DNA from: an uncultured Bacilli bacterium
GTDB lineage: Bacteria > Bacillota_I > Bacilli_A > ML615J-28 > CAG-313
Assembly: GCA_934133195.1 (NCBI GenBank)
Contig: CAKPAZ010000002.1
Coordinates: forward strand, 13,954-77,953
DNA: 64,000 nt
Reading direction: 5' to 3'
Shown here: piece by piece, positions 45,570 to 56,917 of the stretch
Layout of the letters: every line of letters starts with the position of its first letter
Numbering within the stretch: the first letter of the stretch is position 1
Program-made: the position numbers and the translations under genes
Notes under the pieces: model-generated
Database searches by the model: none
Told to the model about the DNA's origin: nothing
What the model saw: the letters and a program-made list of their open reading frames with translations, nothing else

Positions 45570-47267
45570 ATGGAGAAAGTGAATAAGAAACGAAAAGAAC
45601 AAAATAGACTAGAGTATAAAGTCTACTCCTTAGGTGGTCTTGGCGTTGTTGGAATGAATATGTATGTAATTGAAAGTAATAGTGAAATTCTTATTATGGA
45701 TGCTGGCATTCTTTTCGCTGATGATGAACAAAAGGGTGTAAATTATGTAATTCCCGATTTTACTCATTTAATCGAAAATCAGGATAAAATTGTCGGACTT
45801 TTTATTACCCATGGCCACGAGGACCACATTGGAGCTTTACCATTCTTACTTAAGAAAGTAAAAATTCCTGCCGTTTATGCAAGTGGTATTGCGATTGGAC
45901 TTATTCAAAATAAAATGCAAGAATTTCCAGATATAACATATAATCTTCAACCATACTATGATAATTCAGAATTTACATTTAAAACTCTAAAGGTAAGTTT
46001 TTTTAGAACTAATCATAGTATTCCTGATTCATATGGTATTGCATGTAAAACGCCTTATGGATATATCGTTAATACTGGAGATTTCAAATTTGATTTTAGT
46101 CCAATTGGAGAAAAATGCGATTATTATAAAATGACTAAACTCGGTAGAGAAGGTGTGCTATGCTTATTAGCTGATAGTACAAATGCAGATATTGCTCAAT
46201 TTTCAGCAAGTGAAAGAAAGATTGGAGAAAACCTAAATAATTTATTTAGTCAAATTGAAGGTCGTATTATTGTTGCGACATTTGCTTCTAATGTATATCG
46301 TGTACAACAAATTTTACAAGCAAGCATTAATTCTAATCGTGATATTATTGTTTTTGGACATAGTATGGAAAAAACAATTGAAGTTGCTTCAAGATTAAAG
46401 TACATTACAATACCAAAATCAAGAATCCACTTTGGTCGTGATTTAGGTAAACTTGACTCTAAGAAAGTAACTATATTATGTACAGGTTCACAAGGTGAAC
46501 CACTTGCGGCTCTATCAAAGATTGCTAAAGGTACACATAAACAAATTAAATTATTACCTGATGATACTATTATTTTTTCAAGTAAACCAATACCTGGAAA
46601 TGAACAATTCATAAATCGTAACATTAATATGTTAGTTCATGCAGGTGCACATGTTATCAAGAATAGTCCTTTAACTGACACTCATACAACTGGACATGCC
46701 TCACAAAATGAAATTCGCTTAATGCTTTCATTTATGCAACCAAGATACTTTATGCCAGCACATGGTGAATATTCAATGCTTAAGCGTCATGCTAATATTG
46801 CTATATCAATGGGAATGCCTAAAGAAAATTGTTTTGTGTTAGACCCAGGAGATTCTTTATGCTTTAATGGTAAGGGAGCAAGAGTTATTAAAAATGATAT
46901 TGTTGCTTCTGATGTTTATCTAGATTCTTCTTTAAGTGATGTTGACAGCAACATTATCAAAGAAAGAATTAAAATGAGTGATGGAGGACTTGTTAGTATT
47001 ACCTTTAGTATAAACAAAAATAAGAAAGTGGTTTATCCAACTCAAGTTGTAACTAGAGGATTTATGGTACCTAATTTATCACAAGAATTCTGTGAGTTCT
47101 TAAAACAAAAAGCAAATGAAGTTTTAGCAAATGCCTTAAAGCAATATAAAAACATTAATATTAAATATATTGAACGTCAAGTTGGGATTGCTTTAAGTCA
47201 AGATATATATCACAAGACTGAAAGAAGGCCTTTAATTGTAACTACTGTTAATATTATAAATAAATAG
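45570..47267 (+). CDS. rnj: ribonuclease J
   Basis: 565 aa. The metallo-beta-lactamase motif is HGHEDHIGALPFLL, followed by beta-CASP and C-terminal domains. Confidence 0.9.
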   Translation: MEKVNKKRKEQNRLEYKVYSLGGLGVVGMNMYVIESNSEILIMDAGILFADDEQKGVNYVIPDFTHLIENQDKIVGLFITHGHEDHIGALPFLLKKVKIPAVYASGIAIGLIQNKMQEFPDITYNLQPYYDNSEFTFKTLKVSFFRTNHSIPDSYGIACKTPYGYIVNTGDFKFDFSPIGEKCDYYKMTKLGREGVLCLLADSTNADIAQFSASERKIGENLNNLFSQIEGRIIVATFASNVYRVQQILQASINSNRDIIVFGHSMEKTIEVASRLKYITIPKSRIHFGRDLGKLDSKKVTILCTGSQGEPLAALSKIAKGTHKQIKLLPDDTIIFSSKPIPGNEQFINRNINMLVHAGAHVIKNSPLTDTHTTGHASQNEIRLMLSFMQPRYFMPAHGEYSMLKRHANIAISMGMPKENCFVLDPGDSLCFNGKGARVIKNDIVASDVYLDSSLSDVDSNIIKERIKMSDGGLVSITFSINKNKKVVYPTQVVTRGFMVPNLSQEFCEFLKQKANEVLANALKQYKNINIKYIERQVGIALSQDIYHKTERRPLIVTTVNIINK

Positions 47268-47299
47268 AAGCAATGTTTTCACATTGCTTCCTTTTTTAT
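47268..47299. terminator. bidirectional terminator between rnj and the MFS gene
   Basis: GAAGCAATG-TTTTCA-CATTGCTTC followed by CTTTTTTATT. Confidence 0.8.
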
Positions 47300-48645
47300 T
47301 CATCTAAATCATCAGTATCTTCAAATTTTTCCATTCCCTTTTTGATTTTAATTTTAGCGTTTTTATTTTCTTTAAATAGAGAAAATATGACTGCTGCAAT
47401 AATCATTGTAACAAGAGCATAAATAAATAATATTTTGTAATGACCTTGTACTGTAATTAAGATACCAACAACAATTGGAGTAATACTTTGAGCTACCATT
47501 GAGAAAGTATAGTATAATCCAGTATATTTTCCAACATTATCTTTATTTGATACTTCAACTAACATTGGATAACTATTAGCATTGATTAAAGCCCATCCAA
47601 TACCACAAATAATAATTGCTATAATAAAGACGATTGGATTGTACCAATTAAATACTCCTTCTAAAACAATTATTAAGAATCCTAGTATTAATGATCCAAG
47701 TCCCAAAAGAACGGTTTTCTTACGACCTATTTTTGCAGGTAGATTAATTGTAAATAAGAAGGTTAAAATTGAAGATAATGGAAGTCCTGCCATTACAATT
47801 GTACCTACAAATGATTCTTCGCCGAATGTTTTCTTACAAAAAACACTATAGAATGATTCAACCGCGTTAAAACTAATAAACCAGAATAAAACTGAGAAAA
47901 GTAAAATTAAAGTATTAATTTTATCTTGTTTTGAAAGAGTAGTTTTTTCATTTAAAGAAGTATCTTCTTTAGTAAAACTTTCACTTAGTTTTTCGCCCTC
48001 TTCCATTTCTTCTTCCATTTCTTTGACTAACTTAGGTTCATTAATCTTTAGAATTAGGATTACTACTGCAAGTAGCATGAAGAATGAAGCGATTAAAAAT
48101 CCCGCAATACCTTGAGATGTTAAATCTTTAAAGAAAATCTTGATAATCATTGCGATTAAACCACCAATTACAGCACCGATATAACCAACTAAATTGATAA
48201 TACCATTAGCTTGAGAACGTAGGGGTTTAGGAGTTACGTCTGGCATTAGTGCTACTGCAGGATTACGATAAGCATTCATTATTAATAGAATTACTAACAT
48301 CATAATTATTACTGCTGTTAATGAATTATAGCTATATGCTACAGCAACAAAAGGAAAAGCTATTGCTGATAATATCATACCAATTACCATATAAGGCATA
48401 CGACGTCCCCATTTTGATTTTGTTTTATCTGATAAAGCACCAAATAAAGGGAGCATAAATACAGCGAACATATTATCTGCAGCCATGATGATACCAATTA
48501 AATATGTTTTATCTTTTCCTAATAAATCTTCTAAGAATAAAGGACAATAATAGTTGTACATTTGCCATAACATTAGGATTGCAAAGAAAGCAAACCCCAT
48601 ATAAAAGGTTCTTTTATAATTCAGTTTAAGTTGTTTTTTCTCCAT
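47296..48645 (-). CDS. MFS transporter, GPH (glycoside-pentoside-hexuronide)-like
   Basis: 449 aa with about 12 hydrophobic segments. LSDKTKSKWGRRMPYM is the D..T.S..GRR.P signature. Confidence 0.75.
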   Translation of the reverse strand: MEKKQLKLNYKRTFYMGFAFFAILMLWQMYNYYCPLFLEDLLGKDKTYLIGIIMAADNMFAVFMLPLFGALSDKTKSKWGRRMPYMVIGMILSAIAFPFVAVAYSYNSLTAVIIMMLVILLIMNAYRNPAVALMPDVTPKPLRSQANGIINLVGYIGAVIGGLIAMIIKIFFKDLTSQGIAGFLIASFFMLLAVVILILKINEPKLVKEMEEEMEEGEKLSESFTKEDTSLNEKTTLSKQDKINTLILLFSVLFWFISFNAVESFYSVFCKKTFGEESFVGTIVMAGLPLSSILTFLFTINLPAKIGRKKTVLLGLGSLILGFLIIVLEGVFNWYNPIVFIIAIIICGIGWALINANSYPMLVEVSNKDNVGKYTGLYYTFSMVAQSITPIVVGILITVQGHYKILFIYALVTMIIAAVIFSLFKENKNAKIKIKKGMEKFEDTDDLDE

Positions 48646-48713
48646 TGTATTTTACCTCATTTCAATTTCGATACACTTATTTTAACACATAATTAAAAAA
48701 AAACCAACAATAT

Positions 48714-48761
48714 GAATAAAAGAAAAGGTATTTATAAGATTATTTCTTCATAAATACCTTT
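48714..48761 (-). terminator. rho-independent terminator after the exonuclease gene
   Basis: The minus strand reads AAAGGTATTTAT-loop-ATAAATACCTTT followed by TCTTTTATTC. Confidence 0.7.
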
Positions 48762-48762
48762 A

Positions 48763-49626
48763 TTATTTATTGTTTTTGATTTCTTCTAAAAATAAATGAA
48801 AGACTTCTGATGTAGCAACAGCATCATTTAAAGAATCATGATCTTGTACGATTGGAGCTTTCTTTCCAAATAATCCATATGCATTAAATAGACCAATATC
48901 TGATTTAATACTATAGTAATTTTTAATTATTTGCATTAAATTGATTACTTGTTTTTTCTCTAGTATTTTGGGTTTATGGTGCATTTCACATGAAAGATCA
49001 ATTACATATATATCATTTCTTCCCCATACATAAACGATAGGTTGATACATAGTTAAAATATCTTGAAATGTTTTATAAAATTGATTATATGTTTGTGCAT
49101 GTTTAAAATCTTTTTCCGTTAAATTAAGGAAATCATAGGTTCTATCGGTAATATCATTTTTATTAAATGGTAACACATTACTATGTTCTGTTAAAACCAC
49201 ATTTCCTTCGCTATCTTCTAGATAAATACCATATTGTATTATTTCTGGTTTAAATCCAGCACCATGAACATATGAATAACTTGGCATTGTAAACTCTAGA
49301 TCAAGAAACATACGATATGCATCTTTTGATAGTAGTTTATTTACACCTTTTTTTATCATATCAATATCAAAATAAGTAATAAAACCTCGAGATGTAGGAC
49401 GCATTAGTTTTGTAAAGCTTACTACTTCTCTTGCCATACATTTATCTTTTTTTACTTTTTCACTTTTACAGATGAAATGTACATAAAGGCCTTCATGAAG
49501 ATATGGTTTAAATCTTTTGTATTGGCTTCTTCCAAAATAGAAAAATTCAATGCGATTTTTAACTTTAACTTCAAATATACGTTCATCTAGATTAATTGAT
49601 CTTATTTGCCCCCATACTGTTTGCAA
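48763..49626 (-). CDS. DEDDh 3'-5' exonuclease, KapD-like, with an extra N-terminal domain
   Basis: FLDLEFTMP is the Exo I motif and HDSLNDAVATSEVF is the Exo III H-x4-D motif. The apparent start is TTG. Confidence 0.65.
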   Translation of the reverse strand: MQTVWGQIRSINLDERIFEVKVKNRIEFFYFGRSQYKRFKPYLHEGLYVHFICKSEKVKKDKCMAREVVSFTKLMRPTSRGFITYFDIDMIKKGVNKLLSKDAYRMFLDLEFTMPSYSYVHGAGFKPEIIQYGIYLEDSEGNVVLTEHSNVLPFNKNDITDRTYDFLNLTEKDFKHAQTYNQFYKTFQDILTMYQPIVYVWGRNDIYVIDLSCEMHHKPKILEKKQVINLMQIIKNYYSIKSDIGLFNAYGLFGKKAPIVQDHDSLNDAVATSEVFHLFLEEIKNNK

Positions 49627-49642
49627 GCTAATCGCCTACTTT

Positions 49643-49855
49643 CTATTTTATTTTTAGTTCGTTCATTTTTATTAATTCAAGAATTGCTTGGCTTCTACCT
49701 TTGACACCAAGTTTTTGAATCACATTAGATATATGATTTCTAACTGTTTTACTACTAATATGAAATTTATCAGCTATTAATTCTGTATCATAGTTTTGTA
49801 CAAGCAATTCAAAGATTTCTCTTTCTCGGGTTGTTAAAAAATTTTTTCTTGACAT
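49643..49855 (-). CDS. LuxR/GerE family single-domain HTH regulator
   Basis: 70 aa. The sequence is LTTREREIFELLVQNYDTELIADKFHISSKTVRNHISNVIQKLGVKGRSQAI. Confidence 0.8.
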   Translation of the reverse strand: MSRKNFLTTREREIFELLVQNYDTELIADKFHISSKTVRNHISNVIQKLGVKGRSQAILELIKMNELKIK

Positions 49856-49895
49856 CTTTTTCCCCACACTTTCATTTTTATATTATGCAAGTTGG

Positions 49896-51701
49896 TTATG
49901 ATTTGTCACGATTCTTAACAACATCTTGTATCTTTAATGCAAGTTTTTCTGGAAAGCCTAAGGCCTTTAGTTTTTCTACACTTGTATTTTCAAGCTCTGT
50001 TAAATTTTCAAATTCTTTCATTAGTAATAGTTTTCTAGATTTTCCGATTCCTTCAATATTATCAAAAATGGATGTAAAAGCATTTTTGGTGTGTGTTTGT
50101 TTAAAAAATGTTATTGCGAAACGATGAACTTCATCTTGCATTGCTGTAAGGATTAAGAATAAATTACTTGTTTTATCAAGGTGAATTTCTTCAAAATCAC
50201 TTGTTACGATTGAGTCTGTACGATGATTATCATCTTTTGCAAGACCAATTAGCGGTATTTCAAGATTAAGTTTTTGTAATATTTCTTTAGCTGCTTTTAC
50301 TTGAGGTTTACCACCATCAACAATAATTAAATTTGGCATTCTTCCATTTTCCCTTTGTAATCTGCTATAACGTCTGAAAATCACTTCTTGCATTGTATGG
50401 AAATCATCTGCACCACTTACTGTTTTTACTTTATATTTTCGGTAATCTTTTGGTGATGGTGAACCATTAATGTAGGTGACCATTGCTGAAACAGGACTTG
50501 CACCAGAAATATTAGAGTTATCAAAGATTTCTATTACTTCTGGATAAGGAATATTCAGAATGGTTCCTAATTCTTCTATTGGTTTAGTCGTTTTGCTGAT
50601 TTTTATTAAACGCATCTTTTGAAGATTTTCCAAATTGTTTTGGGCATTTTCACATCCAAGTTTTACTAATTGTTTCTTTAATCCTTTTATCGGAACAACA
50701 ATATTTATTTCTAAGAGTTCATTAAGTATTTCATATCCCTCAATATATGGAATTAATAATTCAGTAGGTTTTAATTCTCTTCTTGCATCATAAAACTCAT
50801 ATAGATACTCACATAAAATATCATCTAGATTGTCAATGATATCAAATACTTCTCCAGTTCGTTCAATTATTTTTCCAGAACGCATGTGAAGAATTTGAAC
50901 ACAAACAAGACCATCATGAACATAATAACCAAATACATCACGATCTTTACCATCAGTTATGGTCATCTTTTGTGGAGTTAATAATTCACTAATACTATTT
51001 ATGATATTACGATATTCAATGGCTTCTTCAAACATTAAGTTTTCTGCACAATAATTCATTTTTTCATTCAGTTCTTTTAGAAGAGTTTGGTTACTTCCTG
51101 ATAAAACTTCTTGAACACTTGTTATATATTTTGTATAATCACTTTTTGTAATTGTGTTAACACAAGGTGCAAGGCATTGATGCATATCGTAATATAAACA
51201 ACTTTTTTTAGGGATATGATTACATTTTCTAAATGGATAAATTTTGTTTAAAACTTCAACAGTTTCTCGACATGCCTTAACATTAGGAAAAGGTCCATAT
51301 ATTTTTAATGGACGCATTTTTCCTTTTAGTTTAACTTCTCTTGTTAATAACAAACGTGGATTAGTTTCATTTGTTAAGACAATATATGGATATGTTTTAT
51401 CATCCATCAGCATGATGTTATACTTTGGACGATATTCCTTTATAAAATTTAATTCTAGAAGAAATGCCTCTTTTTCTGAGCTTGTAATGATATATTCAAA
51501 GTCATATACATTTTGAACCATTTTAGTTGTTTTAGAATCATGAGAACCTGTAAAATAGCTCTTTAATCTATTTTGTAATATTTTAGCTTTTCCTACATAT
51601 ATTATGGTTCCAGATTCATCTTTCATTTGATAGCAACCTGGTTTTTTAGGAACAAGTGATAGCTTTAACTTAATACGTTCTTTTACTTCACTTTGTAACA
51701 T
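49896..51701 (-). CDS. uvrC: excinuclease ABC subunit C
   Basis: 601 aa. It has an N-terminal GIY-YIG (GCYQMKDESGTIIYVGKA), a UVR domain and a C-terminal endonuclease V-like domain plus HhH. Confidence 0.9.
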   Translation of the reverse strand: MLQSEVKERIKLKLSLVPKKPGCYQMKDESGTIIYVGKAKILQNRLKSYFTGSHDSKTTKMVQNVYDFEYIITSSEKEAFLLELNFIKEYRPKYNIMLMDDKTYPYIVLTNETNPRLLLTREVKLKGKMRPLKIYGPFPNVKACRETVEVLNKIYPFRKCNHIPKKSCLYYDMHQCLAPCVNTITKSDYTKYITSVQEVLSGSNQTLLKELNEKMNYCAENLMFEEAIEYRNIINSISELLTPQKMTITDGKDRDVFGYYVHDGLVCVQILHMRSGKIIERTGEVFDIIDNLDDILCEYLYEFYDARRELKPTELLIPYIEGYEILNELLEINIVVPIKGLKKQLVKLGCENAQNNLENLQKMRLIKISKTTKPIEELGTILNIPYPEVIEIFDNSNISGASPVSAMVTYINGSPSPKDYRKYKVKTVSGADDFHTMQEVIFRRYSRLQRENGRMPNLIIVDGGKPQVKAAKEILQKLNLEIPLIGLAKDDNHRTDSIVTSDFEEIHLDKTSNLFLILTAMQDEVHRFAITFFKQTHTKNAFTSIFDNIEGIGKSRKLLLMKEFENLTELENTSVEKLKALGFPEKLALKIQDVVKNRDKS

Positions 51702-51725
51702 AGCATTTCTCCTATTAAATTTAAT

Positions 51726-52064
51726 TTATTTTTTTAAGCTTTCAAGTATTGCATCAATTTTATTACCATATGCTAAAGATTCATCATATTTAAATCTTAG
51801 TTCTGGAGTTTTTCTTAAATCAAGACGATGAGCAAGTTCACTTCTTAAAAATCCTGTCGCATTGATTAATTGATTTGTTGTAGCGGCTTGCTCTGATTCA
51901 CTACCAAGAACAGTATACCAAATGGTTGCTAAAGATAAATCTTTTGTTACAGTTACTTTAGTTACTGATACATACTTTAATAATTCTGACTTAGCTTCTG
52001 TCATTAAGATTACAGCTAACTCTTTTTCAATCATTTTTTCAATTCTGTCAATACGGTATCCCAT
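51726..52064 (-). CDS. rbfA: ribosome-binding factor A
   Basis: 112 aa. It has a VSVTKVTVTKDLSLATIWYTV pattern and follows infB. Confidence 0.9.
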   Translation of the reverse strand: MGYRIDRIEKMIEKELAVILMTEAKSELLKYVSVTKVTVTKDLSLATIWYTVLGSESEQAATTNQLINATGFLRSELAHRLDLRKTPELRFKYDESLAYGNKIDAILESLKK

Positions 52065-52065
52065 A

Positions 52066-54474
52066 CTATTCCCTCTCTTTTTCTTCCATTACAAAACATT
52101 CAAGAATATCGCCAACTTTAATGTCGTTATAGTTTTCAATTGTAATACCACATTCATAGCCAGCTTTTACTTCTTTAACATCATCTTTAAAACGTTTTAA
52201 AGATCCGATTTTTCCAGTATATACAACTATACTATCACGAACTACACGAACGCCACCATTTCTTACAAAGCTTCCGCTTAGTACATAACAGCCAGCAATT
52301 GTACCAACTTTACTAACTTTAAATGTTTCTCTGACTTCGGCTTGTCCAGATTCTTTTTCTTCAAATACAGGGTCTAACATACCTTTAACTGCATTTTCGA
52401 TATCTTCTTGAAGTTTGTAAATAATATTATATAATCTAATTTCAACACCTTTTTCTTTTGCGAGATCAGTGATTTGAGCAAGAGGACGAATGTTGAAACC
52501 AATTATGATTGCATTTGATGCAATCGCAAGACTTATGTCATTATCAGTAATACCACCAACACGGGCACCAACAATGTTAATTCTTGTTCCTTCAATTTTA
52601 ATCTTATCTAATAAACCTTTAATTGCTTCAATGGAACCTTGAACATCACATTTAATAATTAAATTTAATGTTTTGATTGATCCATCATCTTCACCTTTAA
52701 AGATATCAGTTAAAGATGCGGCTTTTGCACCATTCTTTTCTTGACTAAATTTATTGAAGGCACGAGTTTCAGCAATTGCTTTAGCTTTTCTTTCATCGTT
52801 AATTACAACAAATTTTTCACCAGCAAAAGGAACTTCCATAATACCTGTAATTTCAACTGGTTTTGATGGACCTGCTGATTTTATAGGTTGACCAAGTTCA
52901 TTTTGCATAGCTCTAATCTTACCATAAGTATTACCAACTACAACAATATCACCAATTTTGATTGTACCATTTTGTACAAGTAGAGTGGCAACTGGGCCTT
53001 TTCCTTTGTCTAGTTTTGCTTCAATAACAGTACCAATACCAAGTCTATTTGGATTAGCTTTATAATCTTTCATTTCACTAACTAAGATTATCATTTCAAG
53101 AAGTTCATCTACACCTTTACCTGTTAATGCAGAGATTGGTACAAAGATTGTATCGCCACCCCATTCTTCAGCAAGAAGACCATATTCAGTTAATTCTTGT
53201 TTAATTCGATCAGGGCTAACACCAGGTTTATCCATCTTGTTAATAGCAACAATAATTGGTACATTAGCTGCTTGAGCATGTTCTATAGCTTCTTTTGTTT
53301 GTGGCATTACACCATCATCAGCTGCAACAACTAAAACAACGATATCAGTGATTTGAGCTCCTCTTGCACGCATTTCAGTAAATGCAGCATGTCCTGGAGT
53401 ATCAATAAATGTAATTAACTTACCATTCTTTTCAACTTGATAAGCACCGATATGTTGAGTGATACCACCAGCTTCACCATTTACAACATGGCTACTACGA
53501 ATAGTATCTAGTAATGTTGTTTTACCATGGTCAACATGTCCCATAATTGTAACAATTGCTGGACGAGATACTAAATCTTTTTCATCGTCATCATCAAATG
53601 TCATTTCATCAAATCTAGTTAAATCGGTAATTTGTTTATCTTTTAACTCATAATTATATTCCATCGCAACAAGTTCTGCAGTATCTCTATCTAAGCTTTG
53701 TGTAGCGTTTGCTAAAATACCCATTGAGACAAATAATTTCTTTACAAGTTCTGTAACACTTAAATGCATTGCTTCCGCAATTTCCATTACAGTCATTCCA
53801 TTTTCATAGTATAGAACATTGTCTTCTTTATCTTCTTTAGTTGGAATGTTGCTTGTACGTTTTTCTTTATTCTTTGATTGTTTATTTTTATTGTTATTTT
53901 TCTTCTTAGAATGTGGTGTTTGATTTTCTTCACCTTGAGTTTGTCTGCGTCCACGTCCTTTGTTTTCACGGGTAATATTATACTCATCATCTTCTAAGAA
54001 TTCTTGATACTTTTCAAGAGTTTCTTCATCTACTCGTGGTTGAATTATTTCTTCAACTATTGGTTTTTGAACAACATGAGGAGTTTCCACTGGTTTTGGT
54101 TTTTCTTCAACCACTGGTTTTTTAGGTGCCTCAGTTGTTTGTTTTGGAGTAACACGAGGTTTTGGTTTTGATTCTGATGTTGGTTTAGATGCAGGTTTGT
54201 TTTTATTTTCTGCAACTTTAGGAGTTGATTTTGGTTTTGGCTTTTCTTCGACTGTTGGTTTTATCGCAACATGAGGTGCTTCAACTGGTTTTGGTTTTGG
54301 TGCTGCCTTTTTGAATGGATAAGGAACATTATAACGTTTCGCTAATTTCTTTTCAACATCCTTATCTATCATTGTTTCTTCTTTTAATGATACATCAACA
54401 CCAACATTAGGTAGAATTTTTAAAAGTTCCGCTGGGGCTACTTTAAATATTTCTGCTAACTCTTTAACTTTCAT
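52066..54474 (-). CDS. infB: translation initiation factor IF-2
   Basis: G-domain motifs [17 protein letters not shown] and NKMD. The N-terminal region is Lys/Pro-rich. Confidence 0.95.
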   Translation of the reverse strand: MKVKELAEIFKVAPAELLKILPNVGVDVSLKEETMIDKDVEKKLAKRYNVPYPFKKAAPKPKPVEAPHVAIKPTVEEKPKPKSTPKVAENKNKPASKPTSESKPKPRVTPKQTTEAPKKPVVEEKPKPVETPHVVQKPIVEEIIQPRVDEETLEKYQEFLEDDEYNITRENKGRGRRQTQGEENQTPHSKKKNNNKNKQSKNKEKRTSNIPTKEDKEDNVLYYENGMTVMEIAEAMHLSVTELVKKLFVSMGILANATQSLDRDTAELVAMEYNYELKDKQITDLTRFDEMTFDDDDEKDLVSRPAIVTIMGHVDHGKTTLLDTIRSSHVVNGEAGGITQHIGAYQVEKNGKLITFIDTPGHAAFTEMRARGAQITDIVVLVVAADDGVMPQTKEAIEHAQAANVPIIVAINKMDKPGVSPDRIKQELTEYGLLAEEWGGDTIFVPISALTGKGVDELLEMIILVSEMKDYKANPNRLGIGTVIEAKLDKGKGPVATLLVQNGTIKIGDIVVVGNTYGKIRAMQNELGQPIKSAGPSKPVEITGIMEVPFAGEKFVVINDERKAKAIAETRAFNKFSQEKNGAKAASLTDIFKGEDDGSIKTLNLIIKCDVQGSIEAIKGLLDKIKIEGTRINIVGARVGGITDNDISLAIASNAIIIGFNIRPLAQITDLAKEKGVEIRLYNIIYKLQEDIENAVKGMLDPVFEEKESGQAEVRETFKVSKVGTIAGCYVLSGSFVRNGGVRVVRDSIVVYTGKIGSLKRFKDDVKEVKAGYECGITIENYNDIKVGDILECFVMEEKERE

Positions 54475-54784
54475 TTGCTTTACCTTCTCTTTCTAATTCA
54501 GCCAATATTGCTTTAGTAAATCCAGAATCATTTACTCCTATTACTTTAGGATTTGAGGTTCCTAAAGCTTGGGCAAGTTCATCGGTTGAATATTCTTTTA
54601 TTACTGGTATTTTATAATAAAATGCCTTTTTTTCAACTTTATCAATTGTTCCAAGTGATGAGTCACTTGCAAGAACAATTAAATGTGTATGATTTCGATT
54701 TAAATTTTTTAATACAGCATCGGTTCCTAAAACTAGCTTTCCTGCTCTTTTAGCAAGTCCTAAATAACTAAATACTTTATTCAA
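54464..54784 (-). CDS. ylxQ: L7Ae-family RNA-binding protein (YlxQ-like)
   Basis: 106 aa. It begins [17 protein letters not shown] and lies between ylxR and infB. Confidence 0.8.
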   Translation of the reverse strand: MNKVFSYLGLAKRAGKLVLGTDAVLKNLNRNHTHLIVLASDSSLGTIDKVEKKAFYYKIPVIKEYSTDELAQALGTSNPKVIGVNDSGFTKAILAELEREGKANES

Positions 54785-54785
54785 A

Positions 54786-55073
54786 TTATTTATTGCCTTC
54801 CTTTTCTAAAATTTCAAGCATTTGAGCATATATTTCTTCTGGAACCACTGTTTCTAGATGTCTATCTAGAATTCTTTTCTTTTGTGATGCTAAAATAACA
54901 GTTTTATTTTTAGTTACATATGCACCATGTCCGCGAACCTTACCGGTTAAATCTACAACAACACTACCTTCTGGAGTTCTTACAACTCTAAACATTTCCA
55001 TCTTTGGGTGTTGTTCATTTGTTACAACGCATTTTCTAAGGGGAATCTTTTTAACTTTTTGTTGTTCTTTCAC
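54786..55073 (-). CDS. ylxR: YlxR/RnpM family (DUF448) protein
   Basis: 95 aa. It has RKCVVTNEQHPKMEMFRVV....GRGAYV-like motifs (here GHGAYV). It uses a GTG start after GGTGA. Confidence 0.8.
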   Translation of the reverse strand: MKEQQKVKKIPLRKCVVTNEQHPKMEMFRVVRTPEGSVVVDLTGKVRGHGAYVTKNKTVILASQKKRILDRHLETVVPEEIYAQMLEILEKEGNK

Positions 55074-55082
55074 GCTATCACC

Positions 55083-56174
55083 TTAAATTGTATATACGTT
55101 TGGTTTAAATTTAATACCTTGTTCGTAGGCTTGGCTTTCACTTCTAATGTCAATTTTCCATCCTGTAACTTGTGAAGCAAGACGAGCATTTTGACCACCA
55201 CGTCCAATTGCTAGAGAGAATTGATCATCTGGTACAATTACTGTTGATTTCTTTTCATCACCATCACTAATTAGTACACTAATTACACGTGCAGGAGTAA
55301 GTGATTCCGCAATTAATTTAACTGGATCATCATTCCATTCAAAAATATCAATTCTTTCACCATTTAATGCTTCATTAATTTGTTTAATACGAGCACCTTG
55401 GATACCTACACAAGCACCCTTAGCATCTACATTTATATTATTACTCTTAATACCAATCTTTGTACGATTACCAGGTTCACGAGCAATACCGATTACTTCA
55501 ATTACACCGCTTGCAACTTCAGGAACATATGTTTCAAGAAGACGTTTAATTAAATCACGATGAGTTCTTGATACATATACCTTTGGTCCACGTCCAGTTT
55601 CCTCTACTTTAGTAATACAAACCTTTATTTGAGAACCAACTACATAGTTTTCACCAGGGATAGTTTCTTCAACTGGAAGTACTGTATGTGTATCCATTCC
55701 TAAATCAATTACAACACGATTTGTTACTGCAACAATGGTCGCAGTTATGATTTCGCCTTCTTTAGCACTGAAATACTCAAATGCACGTTTGCCACATACT
55801 TCTTTTAATCCTTGAATTAAGATTGCTTTAAATCTTGTAGCACCTTTTCGGCCAATTGAGTTAATGCTAATTTCAGTTCTAAATTCTGATCCTGAGCGAA
55901 CTCTTGCACGCATTTCTTTTGCTTCATCTAATAATATTTGACCTTCTGGACCTTCAGGGTCAATTTCATCAACAACTCTAAAAGTTTGGAAAACTCTTAT
56001 TTTCTTTTGTTCTTCATTAAATTCAACAGTTACTTCACCTTTTGCACCTTCAAGTTTGCATGCTTTAATCATAGCTGTAGTAACAACATTAAATACATCT
56101 TCTAATTCTAAATGTTTTTCATTTGCGATATTAACTAATTCTTCATAAAAGCCCTTACTGATCATTTTCTTCAT
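55083..56174 (-). CDS. nusA: transcription termination/antitermination factor NusA
   Basis: 363 aa with S1 and two KH domains (AIGRGGQNARLASQVTGWKIDI). The start is ambiguous between 56174 and 56165. Confidence 0.9.
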   Translation of the reverse strand: MKKMISKGFYEELVNIANEKHLELEDVFNVVTTAMIKACKLEGAKGEVTVEFNEEQKKIRVFQTFRVVDEIDPEGPEGQILLDEAKEMRARVRSGSEFRTEISINSIGRKGATRFKAILIQGLKEVCGKRAFEYFSAKEGEIITATIVAVTNRVVIDLGMDTHTVLPVEETIPGENYVVGSQIKVCITKVEETGRGPKVYVSRTHRDLIKRLLETYVPEVASGVIEVIGIAREPGNRTKIGIKSNNINVDAKGACVGIQGARIKQINEALNGERIDIFEWNDDPVKLIAESLTPARVISVLISDGDEKKSTVIVPDDQFSLAIGRGGQNARLASQVTGWKIDIRSESQAYEQGIKFKPNVYTI

Positions 56175-56655
56175 TCTCCTTAAAATTTACGGCTAAACGT
56201 ATTTTTGCGATATTATCTTTATTAATTATTATTTCCTTTGTTCTAGTTTTAATAACTGCATTTATTGTAACTGTGTTTTCATCATATGCTAATAAATATC
56301 CATAAAACTCTTTTAAGTTACTTGCTTCTTTAATTTTTTGATATGTTGAAATATATATATATTTATTTAACGCTCTTTCATAATCTTTAGTAGTTACAAG
56401 TTCTCTTTCTGCACCTAAACTTGAAACTTCTAAGTAGTAGCCATCGGGAAGTAAATCATTAATTAAATCAAGAATTTCTTCATTGATTGTCGCAACTTCA
56501 TCAATGTCTAAAATGAAAGTTTCTGGATCATCGATAATAATTACAATTTTATCAATCCCATATTCTTTTACTTTTTTAATACTTACTAATTCTTTTTGAT
56601 GCTTCTCTAAAACACTCAGTGTTTTTAGTTTCATTTCCTCTAGATTTACAGTCAT
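56155..56655 (-). CDS. rimP: ribosome maturation factor RimP
   Basis: It lies upstream of nusA and has a YLEVSSLGAEREL motif. The start is taken at the ATG after AAAGGTGA. Confidence 0.85.
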   Translation of the reverse strand: MTVNLEEMKLKTLSVLEKHQKELVSIKKVKEYGIDKIVIIIDDPETFILDIDEVATINEEILDLINDLLPDGYYLEVSSLGAERELVTTKDYERALNKYIYISTYQKIKEASNLKEFYGYLLAYDENTVTINAVIKTRTKEIIINKDNIAKIRLAVNFKENEENDQ

Positions 56656-56917
56656 CTTTATCACCTTTCTTAAACATTTAAAAAGTGAGTACTAAACGTG
56701 CTCACCAACAATTAATATCTCATACATTATTATGATATCATACTTTCTAATAAAAGTCAACTAAAACCTATTTTTTCTTTTTATTTAGAAAGAAATAGAA
56801 AAAATATTTATGAAATTCAATTGTTTTGTTAATTGATAATTTCCTAGTAATAGTTAATTACTTGATTAAATTAGAAAAATATCGTATAATATTCACACAT
56901 AGAAAAGGAATGAGATT

